This document shows positions 38,413 to 47,347 of a stretch of 61,031 bases of DNA, piece by piece. The notes under the pieces are model-generated. The model worked only from the letters and a program-made list of their open reading frames with translations, was not told the origin of the DNA and did not search any database. Each line of letters starts with the position of its first letter. Within the stretch, counting starts at the first letter, position 1. The DNA is from a virus (lineage: Duplodnaviria > Caudoviricetes): positions 1 through 61,031 of the IMG/VR virus record IMGVR_UViG_3300027763_000003. One strand, written 5' to 3'. Position numbers and translations under genes: made by a program.

Positions 38413-38442
38413 ATTGTACCCATATCTTATCATGTATTGCAA
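38413..38442 (-). promoter_or_regulatory. Sigma70-like leftward promoter for the recombination operon
   Basis: TTGCAA-N18-TACAAT on the minus strand. Confidence 0.5.
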
Positions 38443-38462
38443 GAACTTGGAAAAATAAATTT

Positions 38463-38777
38463 ATGGCCGTCACAACAACGCAGCGCAGCCTCAAGTACAT
38501 GAGGGACAACGGCTTCTACGCCGAGGTGGTGGAGCGGTACAACTCCTTCACAAAGCGCAAGAATGACTTTGCTGGCTTCATTGACATCCTGTGCCTGGGA
38601 CAGGGCGCGGTGATCGGTGTGCAGACTACGAGCTGGGGGCACACATCAGACCGGCTGAAGAAGATCCTTGAGCACGAGAACCTGGACATCGTGCGTGACG
38701 CCGGCATCAAGATCGAGGTCCACGGCTGGCATAAGAAGGACAACCGTTGGCAAGTAAAAGTTATCCATGTAGAATAA
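38463..38777 (+). CDS. Small PD-(D/E)xK nuclease (resolvase/VRR-NUC-like)
   Basis: DFAGFIDILCL...GVQTTS...IEVHGW. Confidence 0.65.
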   Translation: MAVTTTQRSLKYMRDNGFYAEVVERYNSFTKRKNDFAGFIDILCLGQGAVIGVQTTSWGHTSDRLKKILEHENLDIVRDAGIKIEVHGWHKKDNRWQVKVIHVE

Positions 38778-38814
38778 AGCCGTGCTTCTCTCCTTGGCTC
38801 TTTACAGGGTCCTT

Positions 38815-38840
38815 ACCCCCTGGGCAACTGGGGGGTCTTT
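38815..38840 (+). terminator. Possible terminator hairpin
   Basis: ACCCCCTGG-GCAA-CTGGGGGGT followed by CTTT. Confidence 0.45.
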
Positions 38841-38864
38841 CTGTAACATTGTTATAGTTGAGAG

Positions 38865-39030
38865 CCAACATGCATGGGGATTGGTCTTATCGGGAAAGCT
38901 GCCGGTGACCAGCGGACATATCGTCTGACAAACCAGTCCCCAGCCGTGTTGGTGGTCTATCGGGTTAGCGCCGGTATGAATGCTTCCGTGAAGTTACTGG
39001 ACACACACTGCTTTATGTGAGCCACCAACA
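38865..39030 (+). ncRNA. Putative structured non-coding RNA with alternative stems
   Basis: CCAACA/TGTTGG, TGGGGATTGG/CCAGTCCCCA and TGTTGGTGG/CCACCAACA pairings; no ORF. Confidence 0.45.
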
Positions 39031-39089
39031 AATATTTTTCAAAAAGATCTTGCACACCACAAAATTGGTGTACACTACACTCCGTTGCA

Positions 39090-39180
39090 GTCGTGTGCAA
39101 TAGATTGAAAGCCGTTACTCATGCATTGGCCTCTAGGGATTCTTGGAGGACACGACCCAGTGCAGTAGTAACGGCTTTTT
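39090..39180 (+). ncRNA. c4-antisense-like structured RNA
   Basis: 12-bp stem AAAGCCGTTACT/AGTAACGGCTTT, inner TGCATTGG/CCAGTGCA, bulge ACACGAC complementary to upstream GTCGTGT. Confidence 0.5.
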
Positions 39181-39569
39181 GCATTTACGCGGCAACTTTG
39201 CTGTTGGGATCTATCGGGTTTTGGGTTGGCATGAGGGAAGCGTAGGAAGCCGCAAGGTGTAGTCCGCAGTCCACCAGCCCTACGACGTTCTGACCTACAG
39301 CGAGAGCGCAAAGAAGATGCATGGCGCAATCGGGGGAATTCCATTTGTGGCCCGTGGGTTCAAGTCCTTCGGATAACCCAAATGGTATGGGTGGCCGAGC
39401 TAGACGTTGCCAAGCAGCGGAAAGTACCCATAGGCAGCACAAGCTGGATTGATGCTGCCCCACATGGATGACCGAATGGCTCCGGGGGTGTGGAAATTTG
39501 CCAAAGGGGTTCACTCTCCCTTAGGCAGACTTTTGCCACAAAACTTTACTCATCCACCAGGGGTGTGAA

Positions 39570-39908
39570 ATGTCGAAAAACAAACGATCCAAACGTAGGG
39601 ATAGATTGGCTTCTTCCGGATATGTTTTGATCCACCCAGCGCCAAAACCAAGGCCAGTTGATGTGAAGTCAAGTAACTTTTTATCAACTTACGAATGGCG
39701 CAAAGTTCGCATGATGGCTTTGAAGAAACATGGCTCCAGGTGTCAGTGCTGCGGAGCTTCCCCAAAAGATGGGGCTGTGATGAATGTTGACCACATCAAA
39801 CCACGCAAACTTTTTCCCGATCTGGCTTTGGACCTCAACAATCTTCAAGTTCTGTGTCATGACTGCAATCACGGAAAGGGGAATTGGGACCAAACCGACT
39901 GGCGCTAA
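39570..39908 (+). CDS. HNH endonuclease
   Basis: CQCCG...VDHIKP...NLQVLCHDCNHGK. Confidence 0.9.
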   Translation: MSKNKRSKRRDRLASSGYVLIHPAPKPRPVDVKSSNFLSTYEWRKVRMMALKKHGSRCQCCGASPKDGAVMNVDHIKPRKLFPDLALDLNNLQVLCHDCNHGKGNWDQTDWR

Positions 39909-39926
39909 AAATATTTTTTGCAATAG

Positions 39927-39956
39927 TTGACTTTTTAAAAAATCATGTGTTATGCT
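39927..39956 (+). promoter_or_regulatory. Sigma70-like promoter with extended -10
   Basis: TTGACT-N18-TATGCT with TGn, in an AT-rich context. Confidence 0.55.
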
Positions 39957-40009
39957 TTAGGCCAAGGGAATATTTGTACCCATCCCTTACTAAACCCAAG
40001 GAGCAAACA

Positions 40010-40198
40010 ATGATTGATTGGATGAAGAACCTGTACCGCCCACCATCCCCACAAGCGATGGCGTTGCGTGAACTCGAGTCGGCCAAACGGGAGAAGCTTG
40101 ATGCTGAATCCGGTGTGGACTATGCAAAGTCCGTTGTGGACTACAACAATGCTCGTATTGAGCGCCTTGAAAACTTTCTTTATGGAGAGACAAAATGA
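40010..40198 (+). CDS. Small conserved phage protein
   Basis: ATG 40010 after AAGGAG; RELESAKREKL...YNNARIERL. Confidence 0.65.
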   Translation: MIDWMKNLYRPPSPQAMALRELESAKREKLDAESGVDYAKSVVDYNNARIERLENFLYGETK

Positions 40199-40620
40199 AC
40201 TGGAACATCTTTAAGCGCATCGAAGAACTGGAAGCTACTGTTAACAAGTTGCGCCTTCAATTGGTTGAGCACACCTTTAAAATTGATGATCTCGAAAACA
40301 ACTCTAACAATGTTACAGTTGAACAGTTCCCCATCATCGACTATGGCCGCGCAATAGTGAAAGGTGAGGGTCAGCCAATCCCCATGAGTGAGTCCGACCT
40401 CAAGCGTGAGCTCCTGGCACAAAGAAAGCGCGATTACTACCAGCGCAACCGCGAACAGATCCTGGCTAAGCAGCGGGCTAAAAAGCGTGATGAAGAGCGT
40501 AAGCGCAAGTCTCGTGAGTACGCCAAAAAGTACTACGCCAAGAAGAAGGCTGAACAGATGGCGAAACATGCTGAACAGCGGTTCCAAGAGATGTCGAAGC
40601 TTGGTCCGATAGCGGCATGA
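40195..40620 (+). CDS. Hypothetical protein with a basic helical C-terminus
   Basis: RDYYQRNRE / REYAKKYY repeats. Confidence 0.65.
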   Translation: MNWNIFKRIEELEATVNKLRLQLVEHTFKIDDLENNSNNVTVEQFPIIDYGRAIVKGEGQPIPMSESDLKRELLAQRKRDYYQRNREQILAKQRAKKRDEERKRKSREYAKKYYAKKKAEQMAKHAEQRFQEMSKLGPIAA

Positions 40621-40766
40621 AAGCCCTGTACGACCTTATCACCCGAGGTCTGTCAGCCATAGGAATGTCAGCGGTGCTGGTGTTCCTTTTGGGATACACC
40701 TACGCGCAGATCCCGTTGGTGTTCAAGACCTGTACACCATCCATGATTGATCGGATTTTGAAATGA
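40617..40766 (+). CDS. Small membrane protein
   Basis: MKALYDLITRGLSAIGMSAVLVFLLGY..., ATGA-coupled at both ends, read by hand. Confidence 0.5.
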   Translation: MKALYDLITRGLSAIGMSAVLVFLLGYTYAQIPLVFKTCTPSMIDRILK

Positions 40767-41068
40767 AAACAAGCAAAGTGTTTAAAGCCGCCAAGAAGCA
40801 ACTTTGGAATGGCGTTGGTGATTGGATGGATCACCCAAAAGAACGATACATCTGCCATGCCATTTACTGGCGTGTTAATTGCACAAACGATGAAGCCCGT
40901 TTCACCAAAAAACTCATTGCATTGTTGCTTGAGGGCCACGACACCTTGGAGGAATGGCTGTTGGCAAAACACGACATCAATGGGTTTTCCGACACAAAGA
41001 AATTGCAACAGACCCGCCAAGCATGGCTTGACCACTTGGTGAAGCATTACGAAAGCATTGGAGATTGA
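40763..41068 (+). CDS. Hypothetical protein
   Basis: YICHAI...RQAWLDHL. Confidence 0.6.
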   Translation: MKTSKVFKAAKKQLWNGVGDWMDHPKERYICHAIYWRVNCTNDEARFTKKLIALLLEGHDTLEEWLLAKHDINGFSDTKKLQQTRQAWLDHLVKHYESIGD

Positions 41069-41069
41069 A

Positions 41070-41327
41070 ATGAAACTACAAGCCGGTAACCCCAACCTGA
41101 TGCGCAAGAACCCTGACGCGTCTCTTGCCGCTGTGCCCAACAAGCTAGGTGACAAGAACCCAGCTCGCTATGTGCGTGGCGGATACGTGCCTATGGAGAA
41201 AGGCCCTGATGTTGTACCCCCGCCGCAAATGAACTTATGGAAGAGGGACAAGTACGTCCCCGAGAGCATGGCCCCAGTACGCCGTGGCGCTGATGACTTC
41301 CTTCGTGTGCAAAGCAGGGGGTTCTGA
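41070..41327 (+). CDS. Hypothetical protein
   Basis: ATG 41070; RRGADDFLRVQSRGF C-terminus. Confidence 0.6.
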   Translation: MKLQAGNPNLMRKNPDASLAAVPNKLGDKNPARYVRGGYVPMEKGPDVVPPPQMNLWKRDKYVPESMAPVRRGADDFLRVQSRGF

Positions 41328-41415
41328 TGTGGCCTTTCCCCCCATTCCCGAGGCCGGTGCCTGCTAAAGCACCACCGCTTAAACCTAACCCTGACAACTA
41401 TGAGGAGTCCCCATT

Positions 41416-41697
41416 TTGACTGAACGAATAATCACAGACAGCAACGGACGCAAACACATTACAACTGAACCGTTGAGGCCAAGACTTGACCAAGGCCCAG
41501 ACTACGAGCGTGGTTTTGTTGATGGGATGATGCATTTAACACAAACCAGCGTGTACAAGGCGGTCAATGCAATTGCACAACAAGCGATAGAAGCCCTAGC
41601 ACAGCCAGCGCAGGGATGGAAGTTGCGCGAGGTTTACTTTGACGAACATGGAGAGCCGATCATGCACAGAGAGCCAGCGCAGGAGAAGAACACATGA
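41416..41697 (+). CDS. Cassette-type accessory protein (LAQPAQ module, EKNT end)
   Basis: TTG start after GAGGAG; contains the array repeats. Confidence 0.55.
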   Translation: MTERIITDSNGRKHITTEPLRPRLDQGPDYERGFVDGMMHLTQTSVYKAVNAIAQQAIEALAQPAQGWKLREVYFDEHGEPIMHREPAQEKNT

Positions 41698-42215
41698 CTA
41701 AAGAAGAAGCATTGGAGATTGCACTTGATTACATCAATCGCACAACATACTGGACTGAAGGCCGAGACCGGCACGACACTTTGAAGGCTGTCAAAGAAGC
41801 CCTAGCACAGCCAGCGCAGGAGCCTAGCGCTACACGCCCATGTCGCAGTTGCGATGGAACTGGCGAGCGCTTTACAGGGATTGACGAAGCACCTACATCA
41901 ATCTGCAAACCGTGTAAAGGAACTGGACAAATAGCCTTGGCACAGCCAGCGCAGGAGCCTGTGGCGTGGATGTATTGGCAAAATTGTTTAAACGACGATG
42001 GCACTCAAACTGGGCCTTGGGTTAGACGGCTATCAAATACAAAGCCACAGGATTCAGTCATTTACAAAGACGTTACTGCCCTCTACGCCGCACCACCACA
42101 GCGCCCGTGGGTAGGGTTGACAAGGGAAGAGTCTTTGTCAATTCTTGATGACTGCCGAACTCCAATTACCTATATATCAATGATTGAAGCCAAACTCAAG
42201 GAGAAGAACACATGA
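41694..42215 (+). CDS. Cassette-type accessory protein with a CxxCxGxG Zn-finger insert
   Basis: LAQPAQEP x2 flank CRSCDGTG...CKPCKGTG; PQRPWVGLT; EAKLKEKNT. Confidence 0.7.
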   Translation: MTKEEALEIALDYINRTTYWTEGRDRHDTLKAVKEALAQPAQEPSATRPCRSCDGTGERFTGIDEAPTSICKPCKGTGQIALAQPAQEPVAWMYWQNCLNDDGTQTGPWVRRLSNTKPQDSVIYKDVTALYAAPPQRPWVGLTREESLSILDDCRTPITYISMIEAKLKEKNT

Positions 42216-42823
42216 CTAAAGAAGAAGCAACATGGAGATGCTCTCACGGCTGGTTGCGGGGAGAGCAGTGTGAGACATGCAAGGAAACGATGACTAAAGA
42301 CAAAGCATTGAAGCTGGCGCTTGAGGCGTTGGAGAAGAGTGTGGCTACCTGTTTTGATAGGTACGCTCATGAGCAAGTAATGAGCAGACCAGAGCACTTC
42401 ATTAACCAAGCCATCATCACCATCAAAGAAGCCCTAGCACAGCCAGCGCAGGGGCCTGACCGCCAAACATTGCAAGCGAATGGGACGCACCCAGCACCAT
42501 GCGCTCGACACTGCGAAGCACAAGCCTTTAAGGTTGAGATACGCAACTTGAAGGCGCAGTTGGCACAGCCAGCGCAGGAGCCGGTGGCTGAATTTAAAAA
42601 ATCGCATCGTGTAAATTACCCGCTTCTAACGTGGAATGATGGCTATGTTGCAAAGGTTGGCGCAAAGCTCTACACCACTCCACAACAGCGCCCGTGGGTA
42701 GGTCTGACGGATGAGGAACGCAAAGAAATCATGCGCTACGAAAAAGATTTTTGGGGTGTAAGCGGATGGGAGTGGAAATGCATGGAAGCCCTCGAAGCCA
42801 AACTCAAGGAGAAGAACACATGA
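42212..42823 (+). CDS. Cassette-type accessory protein
   Basis: LAQPAQ x2, QRPWVGLT, EAKLKEKNT. Confidence 0.7.
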   Translation: MTKEEATWRCSHGWLRGEQCETCKETMTKDKALKLALEALEKSVATCFDRYAHEQVMSRPEHFINQAIITIKEALAQPAQGPDRQTLQANGTHPAPCARHCEAQAFKVEIRNLKAQLAQPAQEPVAEFKKSHRVNYPLLTWNDGYVAKVGAKLYTTPQQRPWVGLTDEERKEIMRYEKDFWGVSGWEWKCMEALEAKLKEKNT

Positions 42824-43014
42824 AAGCCGTTATTGAAGTGACGGACTGCCAAGATTGTCCTTTTGCAGGAGACCACCGTGGACACGGTGAATGCTGGACT
42901 GAGTGCCGTCATCCTCAGCATAACCAAGGCCCATACGGAAACATACTTTGGGGTTGCCAAGAAAAGTTTAAGACCATCCCAAATTGGTGTCCACTCAAGG
43001 AGAAGAACACATGA
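42820..43014 (+). CDS. Small Cys-rich protein
   Basis: CQDCPF...CRH...IPNWCPLKEKNT. Confidence 0.6.
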   Translation: MKAVIEVTDCQDCPFAGDHRGHGECWTECRHPQHNQGPYGNILWGCQEKFKTIPNWCPLKEKNT

Positions 43015-43289
43015 GTACCGGCTGGCCTATCACCATGTTCCTGTTGCAGGACTGCGACCGCAAGCTGGCTCGTTGGTTCTCAAGCAGGCTGGATGCACAG
43101 GCAGTTATCCGCAGGCAGTGGCCTGACGTTGTAAAAACTTATTGGAGAAAGACATGAACAATTTATTTGAGTTGATGGAGGGTGCTTGGATTTTTGCTAT
43201 TGCATTTTTTGTGCTACTCACCATGCCAATATGGGTGCTGCCGTATGCTGCATTTAAATGCTGGAAAGCAATCCGAGCAAGGGGAAACA

Positions 43290-43562
43290 ATGTATAGCTA
43301 CAACAAACAAATCCGACAAGCACTAAGGGATAACCCTGATGGACTTACAGTGGCACAAATAGTAGTCTTGGTGCCTGCGCCAGAGAACACCGTCAATCGG
43401 CAGTTACGCATGATGCCAGACACATACATTGACCGCTGGCAATCGCGCGGTGTCAAAAACTATGTGAGTGCCGTGTGGTGTGTAATCGTGCCGCCCGAAA
43501 ATTGCCCTAGACCAAACCGCAAACCTTTAAAGGAAAAAAATGACTACATCCCCGTTTACTGA
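43290..43562 (+). CDS. Putative winged-helix DNA-binding protein
   Basis: IRQALRDNPDGLTVAQI...MPDTYIDRW...VPPENCPRP. Confidence 0.55.
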   Translation: MYSYNKQIRQALRDNPDGLTVAQIVVLVPAPENTVNRQLRMMPDTYIDRWQSRGVKNYVSAVWCVIVPPENCPRPNRKPLKEKNDYIPVY

Positions 43563-43803
43563 AGAGCAACGTGCAATGATTAAGTCATTGAGCAGGCTGC
43601 AACCAAGGGGTAGAGACTACTCTGCAGCCCCAAACAGGCCGTTGGAGGCTTACATCAAGTCAATGCAAAAGCTGCACCCTGAGATGTTCCAAGATGCCAA
43701 ATCAATGAAGGAGAGAGTTTTTGTTGATGAGCCACTTTTATGCAGTTTTAAGCGGTCAGTCCGAACTCTTTCAGAGTCACCGTACAGAGTCAGGAATGTT
43801 TAA
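43540..43803 (+). CDS. Hypothetical protein
   Basis: AAGGA RBS; in operon. Confidence 0.55.
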   Translation: MTTSPFTEEQRAMIKSLSRLQPRGRDYSAAPNRPLEAYIKSMQKLHPEMFQDAKSMKERVFVDEPLLCSFKRSVRTLSESPYRVRNV

Positions 43804-43805
43804 AA

Positions 43806-44102
43806 ATGCTATCCACCTACCCGCCATGCTTCAGCTCGGAGAAGCAACACAAGGAATGGAAGGCGCTTGCTTTTAGAAGCAATTTAAAAAGCTTCCACAT
43901 CTGCGTTGACTGCACACCCAGCTACCAGGCTGAGATGATGTCGGTGGCGCGATGCCAATCCCCCGATGTTGATGTCAATGTCCTGCACCAACGGGAGATG
44001 GAAGAAGCCATGAAGCAAGAAGTGACCGAGGGCAAGATCAAGCCGGTGGTGGATCATTGGACGGAGATGATTAACCAACTAACCCCAAAGGTTAAAAAAT
44101 GA
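43806..44102 (+). CDS. Cys-containing hypothetical protein
   Basis: PPCF...CVDCTPSYQ..M...RC. Confidence 0.6.
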   Translation: MLSTYPPCFSSEKQHKEWKALAFRSNLKSFHICVDCTPSYQAEMMSVARCQSPDVDVNVLHQREMEEAMKQEVTEGKIKPVVDHWTEMINQLTPKVKK

Positions 44103-44264
44103 AAAATGACGTACCAAACTTTGCCGCATGGAGCCACAGTAATCTGGCTAAATTTTCGGAGGAGTCGTACATTCGTATGCAAGCACAGCATGAGGCCATC
44201 AAGCAATTGCAAGGTGACCTTAAAGATGCAATGGTTCAAGTAAGACAGTTACTCAAGGAAAAAA

Positions 44265-45068
44265 ATGACTGAAAAAATTTCGCTGGAAAAAATCCGCCTC
44301 GATGGTGGAACGCAGCCCCGCAAAGAGCTTGATGGCAGCCTTGTACAGCACTACAAAGAACAGCTACTGGAAGGTGCGGTCTTTCCACCTGTCGATCTGT
44401 ACTTCGATGGCAAGCACTACTGGTTGTCTGATGGATTCCATCGCGTACACGCACACACCCAGGCTGGCTACAAAGAGATTTTGGGCAATGTTATTCAGGG
44501 CACAAAGCGTGATGCATTCATTGCCTCCTTGAAGGCAAATTCCAAGCACGGCAAGCCACGCAGCGCAGAAGAGCGCCGCTACGTTGTTCAATTGGCTCTT
44601 GAGGATATCGAGCTAGGGGAGTTTTCAGACTACCAGATCGCTGTCGCCTGCGATGTGAGCAAGATGACTGTTGGTCGCATCCGCAAGGCATTGGGGCTCG
44701 AGAAGTCCTCCAGCATTGGCAAAGATGGCAAGCGCCGCGATACCACAAGCATTGGACGCAAGCCTGCACCAATAGAGCCCGACTATGAAGAGCCCACAGA
44801 AGATGAAAAAATCAATGAGCTGGCAACTGAATTTGGCGTGATCTCGGAGGAGAATACTCGGCTCAAAGATATGCTTGCAGTTCAGTCTATGCCTGTTTCG
44901 GAAGAGGCAAAGCAGGAGGTGCAAGACACAATTACTATGTTGCGCGAGCAGGTCAAAGACCTTGAGGCACAGCTTTATTCCATGACCCAAAGTCGGAATG
45001 AGTTCATGTCCAAGAACACTGAGATGTTGAAGCAAATCAACTACTGGAAGAAACGCGCAGAGAAGTAA
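44265..45068 (+). CDS. ParB/Srx-like N-terminal domain protein with HTH and coiled coil
   Basis: GTQPR...FPPVDL...LSDGFHRVHA; SDYQIAVACDVSKMTVGRIR (HTH). Confidence 0.8.
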   Translation: MTEKISLEKIRLDGGTQPRKELDGSLVQHYKEQLLEGAVFPPVDLYFDGKHYWLSDGFHRVHAHTQAGYKEILGNVIQGTKRDAFIASLKANSKHGKPRSAEERRYVVQLALEDIELGEFSDYQIAVACDVSKMTVGRIRKALGLEKSSSIGKDGKRRDTTSIGRKPAPIEPDYEEPTEDEKINELATEFGVISEENTRLKDMLAVQSMPVSEEAKQEVQDTITMLREQVKDLEAQLYSMTQSRNEFMSKNTEMLKQINYWKKRAEK

Positions 45069-45104
45069 ACACCGAAGCTGGGCGGTTTCCCAGCAGGAGA
45101 GAGC

Positions 45105-46565
45105 ATGATAAATTTAAGACCGCATCAAGCGGATGTTGTGGCTAAACTCGACCAAGGATTTGCCCAGCACCGCTGCCAACTGTTGTATGCACCAACAGGA
45201 TTTGGCAAAACAGAAGTAGCCATGCACGTTATGGCTGAACACGCCAAGCTAGGTATCAGGGTGGCAATGGTATTGGATCGGATTGTGTTGGTTAACCAGA
45301 CCAGCACACGCCTTTCCAAGTACAAAATCCCGCATGGCGTCATGCAATCTGGTCACTGGCGATACCGCCCCCATGAGAGCATCCAAGTCTGTAGCGCACA
45401 GACCCTGGAGCGCCGGGCTGACTTCCCGGACGTTGGCCTCCTGATCATTGACGAGTGCCATGTCCAGCGCAGACAGGTCATCCAGTACATCCAAGACAAT
45501 CCGCAAGTAAAGGTCATTGGCCTGACCGCCACCCCATTCACAAAAGGATTGGGAGACACCTACACCCATGTGGTTGGTGCAAAGCCCACAGGAGAGCTGA
45601 TTGAGGATAAATGGCTTGTTCCACTCAAGATCTTCATTGCCAAAGAGATCGACATGACCGGAGCCAAGAAGGTTGCTGGCGAGTGGTCGCAAGACGAGGT
45701 GAGCGCCCGTGGCATGAAGATCACCGGCGATATAGTTGATGAGTGGATACAGAAAACCAACCAGCTGTTTGGTGGACCGCGCAAGACTGTAGTTTTCGCC
45801 TCCGGTGTTGAGCATGGGCGTGACTTGGTGCGACAGTTTGCTGAGCGCGGTTATCACTTTGTGTCCATCAGCTACAAAGAAGAGGATGACTTCAAGCGGG
45901 AAACCATTGAAGACTTCAGCCGTCCCGATACAAAGATCACCGGCCTGATCGCAACCGACATCCTCACGCGAGGGTTTGATGTGCCTGACGTAATGATTGG
46001 CGTGTCGGCTCGACCCTTCTCCAAGTCCTTCAGCAGCCATGTCCAGCAGATGGGGCGCGTCATGCGTCCATGTGAGGGTAAGACGCACGGCGTTTGGCTT
46101 GATCACAGCGGCAACTATCTCAGGTTCCGCAAGGAGTGGGATGACCTGTTCGCTGATGGTGTGACCGAGCTTCCAGATGGAGGTGAGGCAACCAAAAAAG
46201 AACCACCCGAGAAGGTTAAAAAAGAGTCCAAGTGCGGTGGATGCGGCGCGTTGTGGGTTTGGCCTGGACGGCAATGCGGTGAGTGCGGCTGGATCAGACC
46301 CATGAAAGAGGTTCTGAACGTACCAGGCCACATGATTGAGCTGGAGACAGGCAAAAGCTCCACCGCTGAGAACCAAAGCTTTTACTCCGAGCTGTTGTAC
46401 TACAGTCGAATGCGCGGCTACAAGGATGGCTGGGCGGCGCACAAGTACAAAGAGAAGTACGGGGCATTCCCTCGCGGCTTGGGATCGGAGACAAAGTCCC
46501 CCAGCCACAAGACACTCAATTGGATTAAGAGTAAAGCTATCGCATACGCAAAGGCTAGGGCATGA
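45105..46565 (+). CDS. Superfamily 2 helicase with a C-terminal Zn ribbon
   Basis: APTGFGKT, DECH, TATP, RGFDVPD, QQMGRVMR; CGGC/CGEC. Confidence 0.9.
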   Translation: MINLRPHQADVVAKLDQGFAQHRCQLLYAPTGFGKTEVAMHVMAEHAKLGIRVAMVLDRIVLVNQTSTRLSKYKIPHGVMQSGHWRYRPHESIQVCSAQTLERRADFPDVGLLIIDECHVQRRQVIQYIQDNPQVKVIGLTATPFTKGLGDTYTHVVGAKPTGELIEDKWLVPLKIFIAKEIDMTGAKKVAGEWSQDEVSARGMKITGDIVDEWIQKTNQLFGGPRKTVVFASGVEHGRDLVRQFAERGYHFVSISYKEEDDFKRETIEDFSRPDTKITGLIATDILTRGFDVPDVMIGVSARPFSKSFSSHVQQMGRVMRPCEGKTHGVWLDHSGNYLRFRKEWDDLFADGVTELPDGGEATKKEPPEKVKKESKCGGCGALWVWPGRQCGECGWIRPMKEVLNVPGHMIELETGKSSTAENQSFYSELLYYSRMRGYKDGWAAHKYKEKYGAFPRGLGSETKSPSHKTLNWIKSKAIAYAKARA

Positions 46566-47347
46566 GTTTTGAAGAATTTGCACAGTCGCATGGCTTGTTG
46601 ATTGACCATGTGGTGGAGGGGCGCTGGATGCGAGTTCCAACAACAGATCACCCGCGCAAAAAGAACGGGGCGTACATTTTTGACGGCAGAAGCGGTTTGG
46701 TGCAGAACCACGCAGTCCATGAGTCCCCGATCCGATACCAGTCGAATGAGCCGTATGTGCCTGACCCACACGCAGCAGCCAAGCGGGAGCGCAGAATCGC
46801 AGAGCAGCAACAGAAACAGGTGGATGCGGCAAAGAAGGCTGCATTCATCTATAACAATGTTACAGTTGAACCGCACCCATACCTGATTCGCAAAGGGTTT
46901 GCAGAGCCAGCCAAAGTATGGAAGGGGCTGCTGACAGTCCCGATGCGGGTGGATGGCAAGCTGGTCGGGCTGCAGTTAATCCAAGCAGACGGAACAAAGA
47001 AGTTTTTATCAGGGCAGCGCACAAAAGGAGCCAGCCTGGTCATTGATAACCACGGCAGGAATGTATTGGTGGAGGGTCTTGCGACAGGCTTATCAGTGCG
47101 CCGCGCTCTCAAATCCATGCGCCAGCGGTACACAATCCACGTTTGCTTCTCGGCTGGGAACATGGTAGAGATCGCCCAGTCGGTGCAAGACCCGTTGGTG
47201 ATTGCCGACAACGACCCGATGGGGATAAGTATTGCTAAAAAAATAGCCTCGCGCTATTGGTTAGGCGAGGCTGGTGAAGACTTCAACGACTTTGAGCAGA
47301 GGGTCGGAGTCCAGGCAGCTGCCGAGTCCCTCCGCCCGTTCTTCTAG
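46562..47347 (+). CDS. Toprim-domain primase-like protein
   Basis: HPYLIRKG, LQLI..DGTKKF, VEGLATG, IADND, DFND. Confidence 0.85.
   Translation: MSFEEFAQSHGLLIDHVVEGRWMRVPTTDHPRKKNGAYIFDGRSGLVQNHAVHESPIRYQSNEPYVPDPHAAAKRERRIAEQQQKQVDAAKKAAFIYNNVTVEPHPYLIRKGFAEPAKVWKGLLTVPMRVDGKLVGLQLIQADGTKKFLSGQRTKGASLVIDNHGRNVLVEGLATGLSVRRALKSMRQRYTIHVCFSAGNMVEIAQSVQDPLVIADNDPMGISIAKKIASRYWLGEAGEDFNDFEQRVGVQAAAESLRPFF

Larger units (their letters stand above)
41590..43014 (+). repeat. Dispersed direct-repeat array
   Basis: GCACAGCCAGCGCAGG at 41599, 41805, 41940, 42437, 42563; AGGAGAAGAACACATGA at 41681, 42199, 42807, 42998. Confidence 0.9.

Noticed and set aside
38865-39030. tRNA genes in the non-coding region
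   Set aside because: No TTCRA T-loop or cloverleaf could be built
41590-43014. CRISPR or mini-array interpretation of the repeats
   Set aside because: Spacing is irregular (roughly 130-600 bp), the repeats are in-frame coding, and there is no cas operon
45249-46844. 531-aa antisense ORF
   Set aside because: Shadow of the helicase and primase genes; no RBS or recognisable motifs
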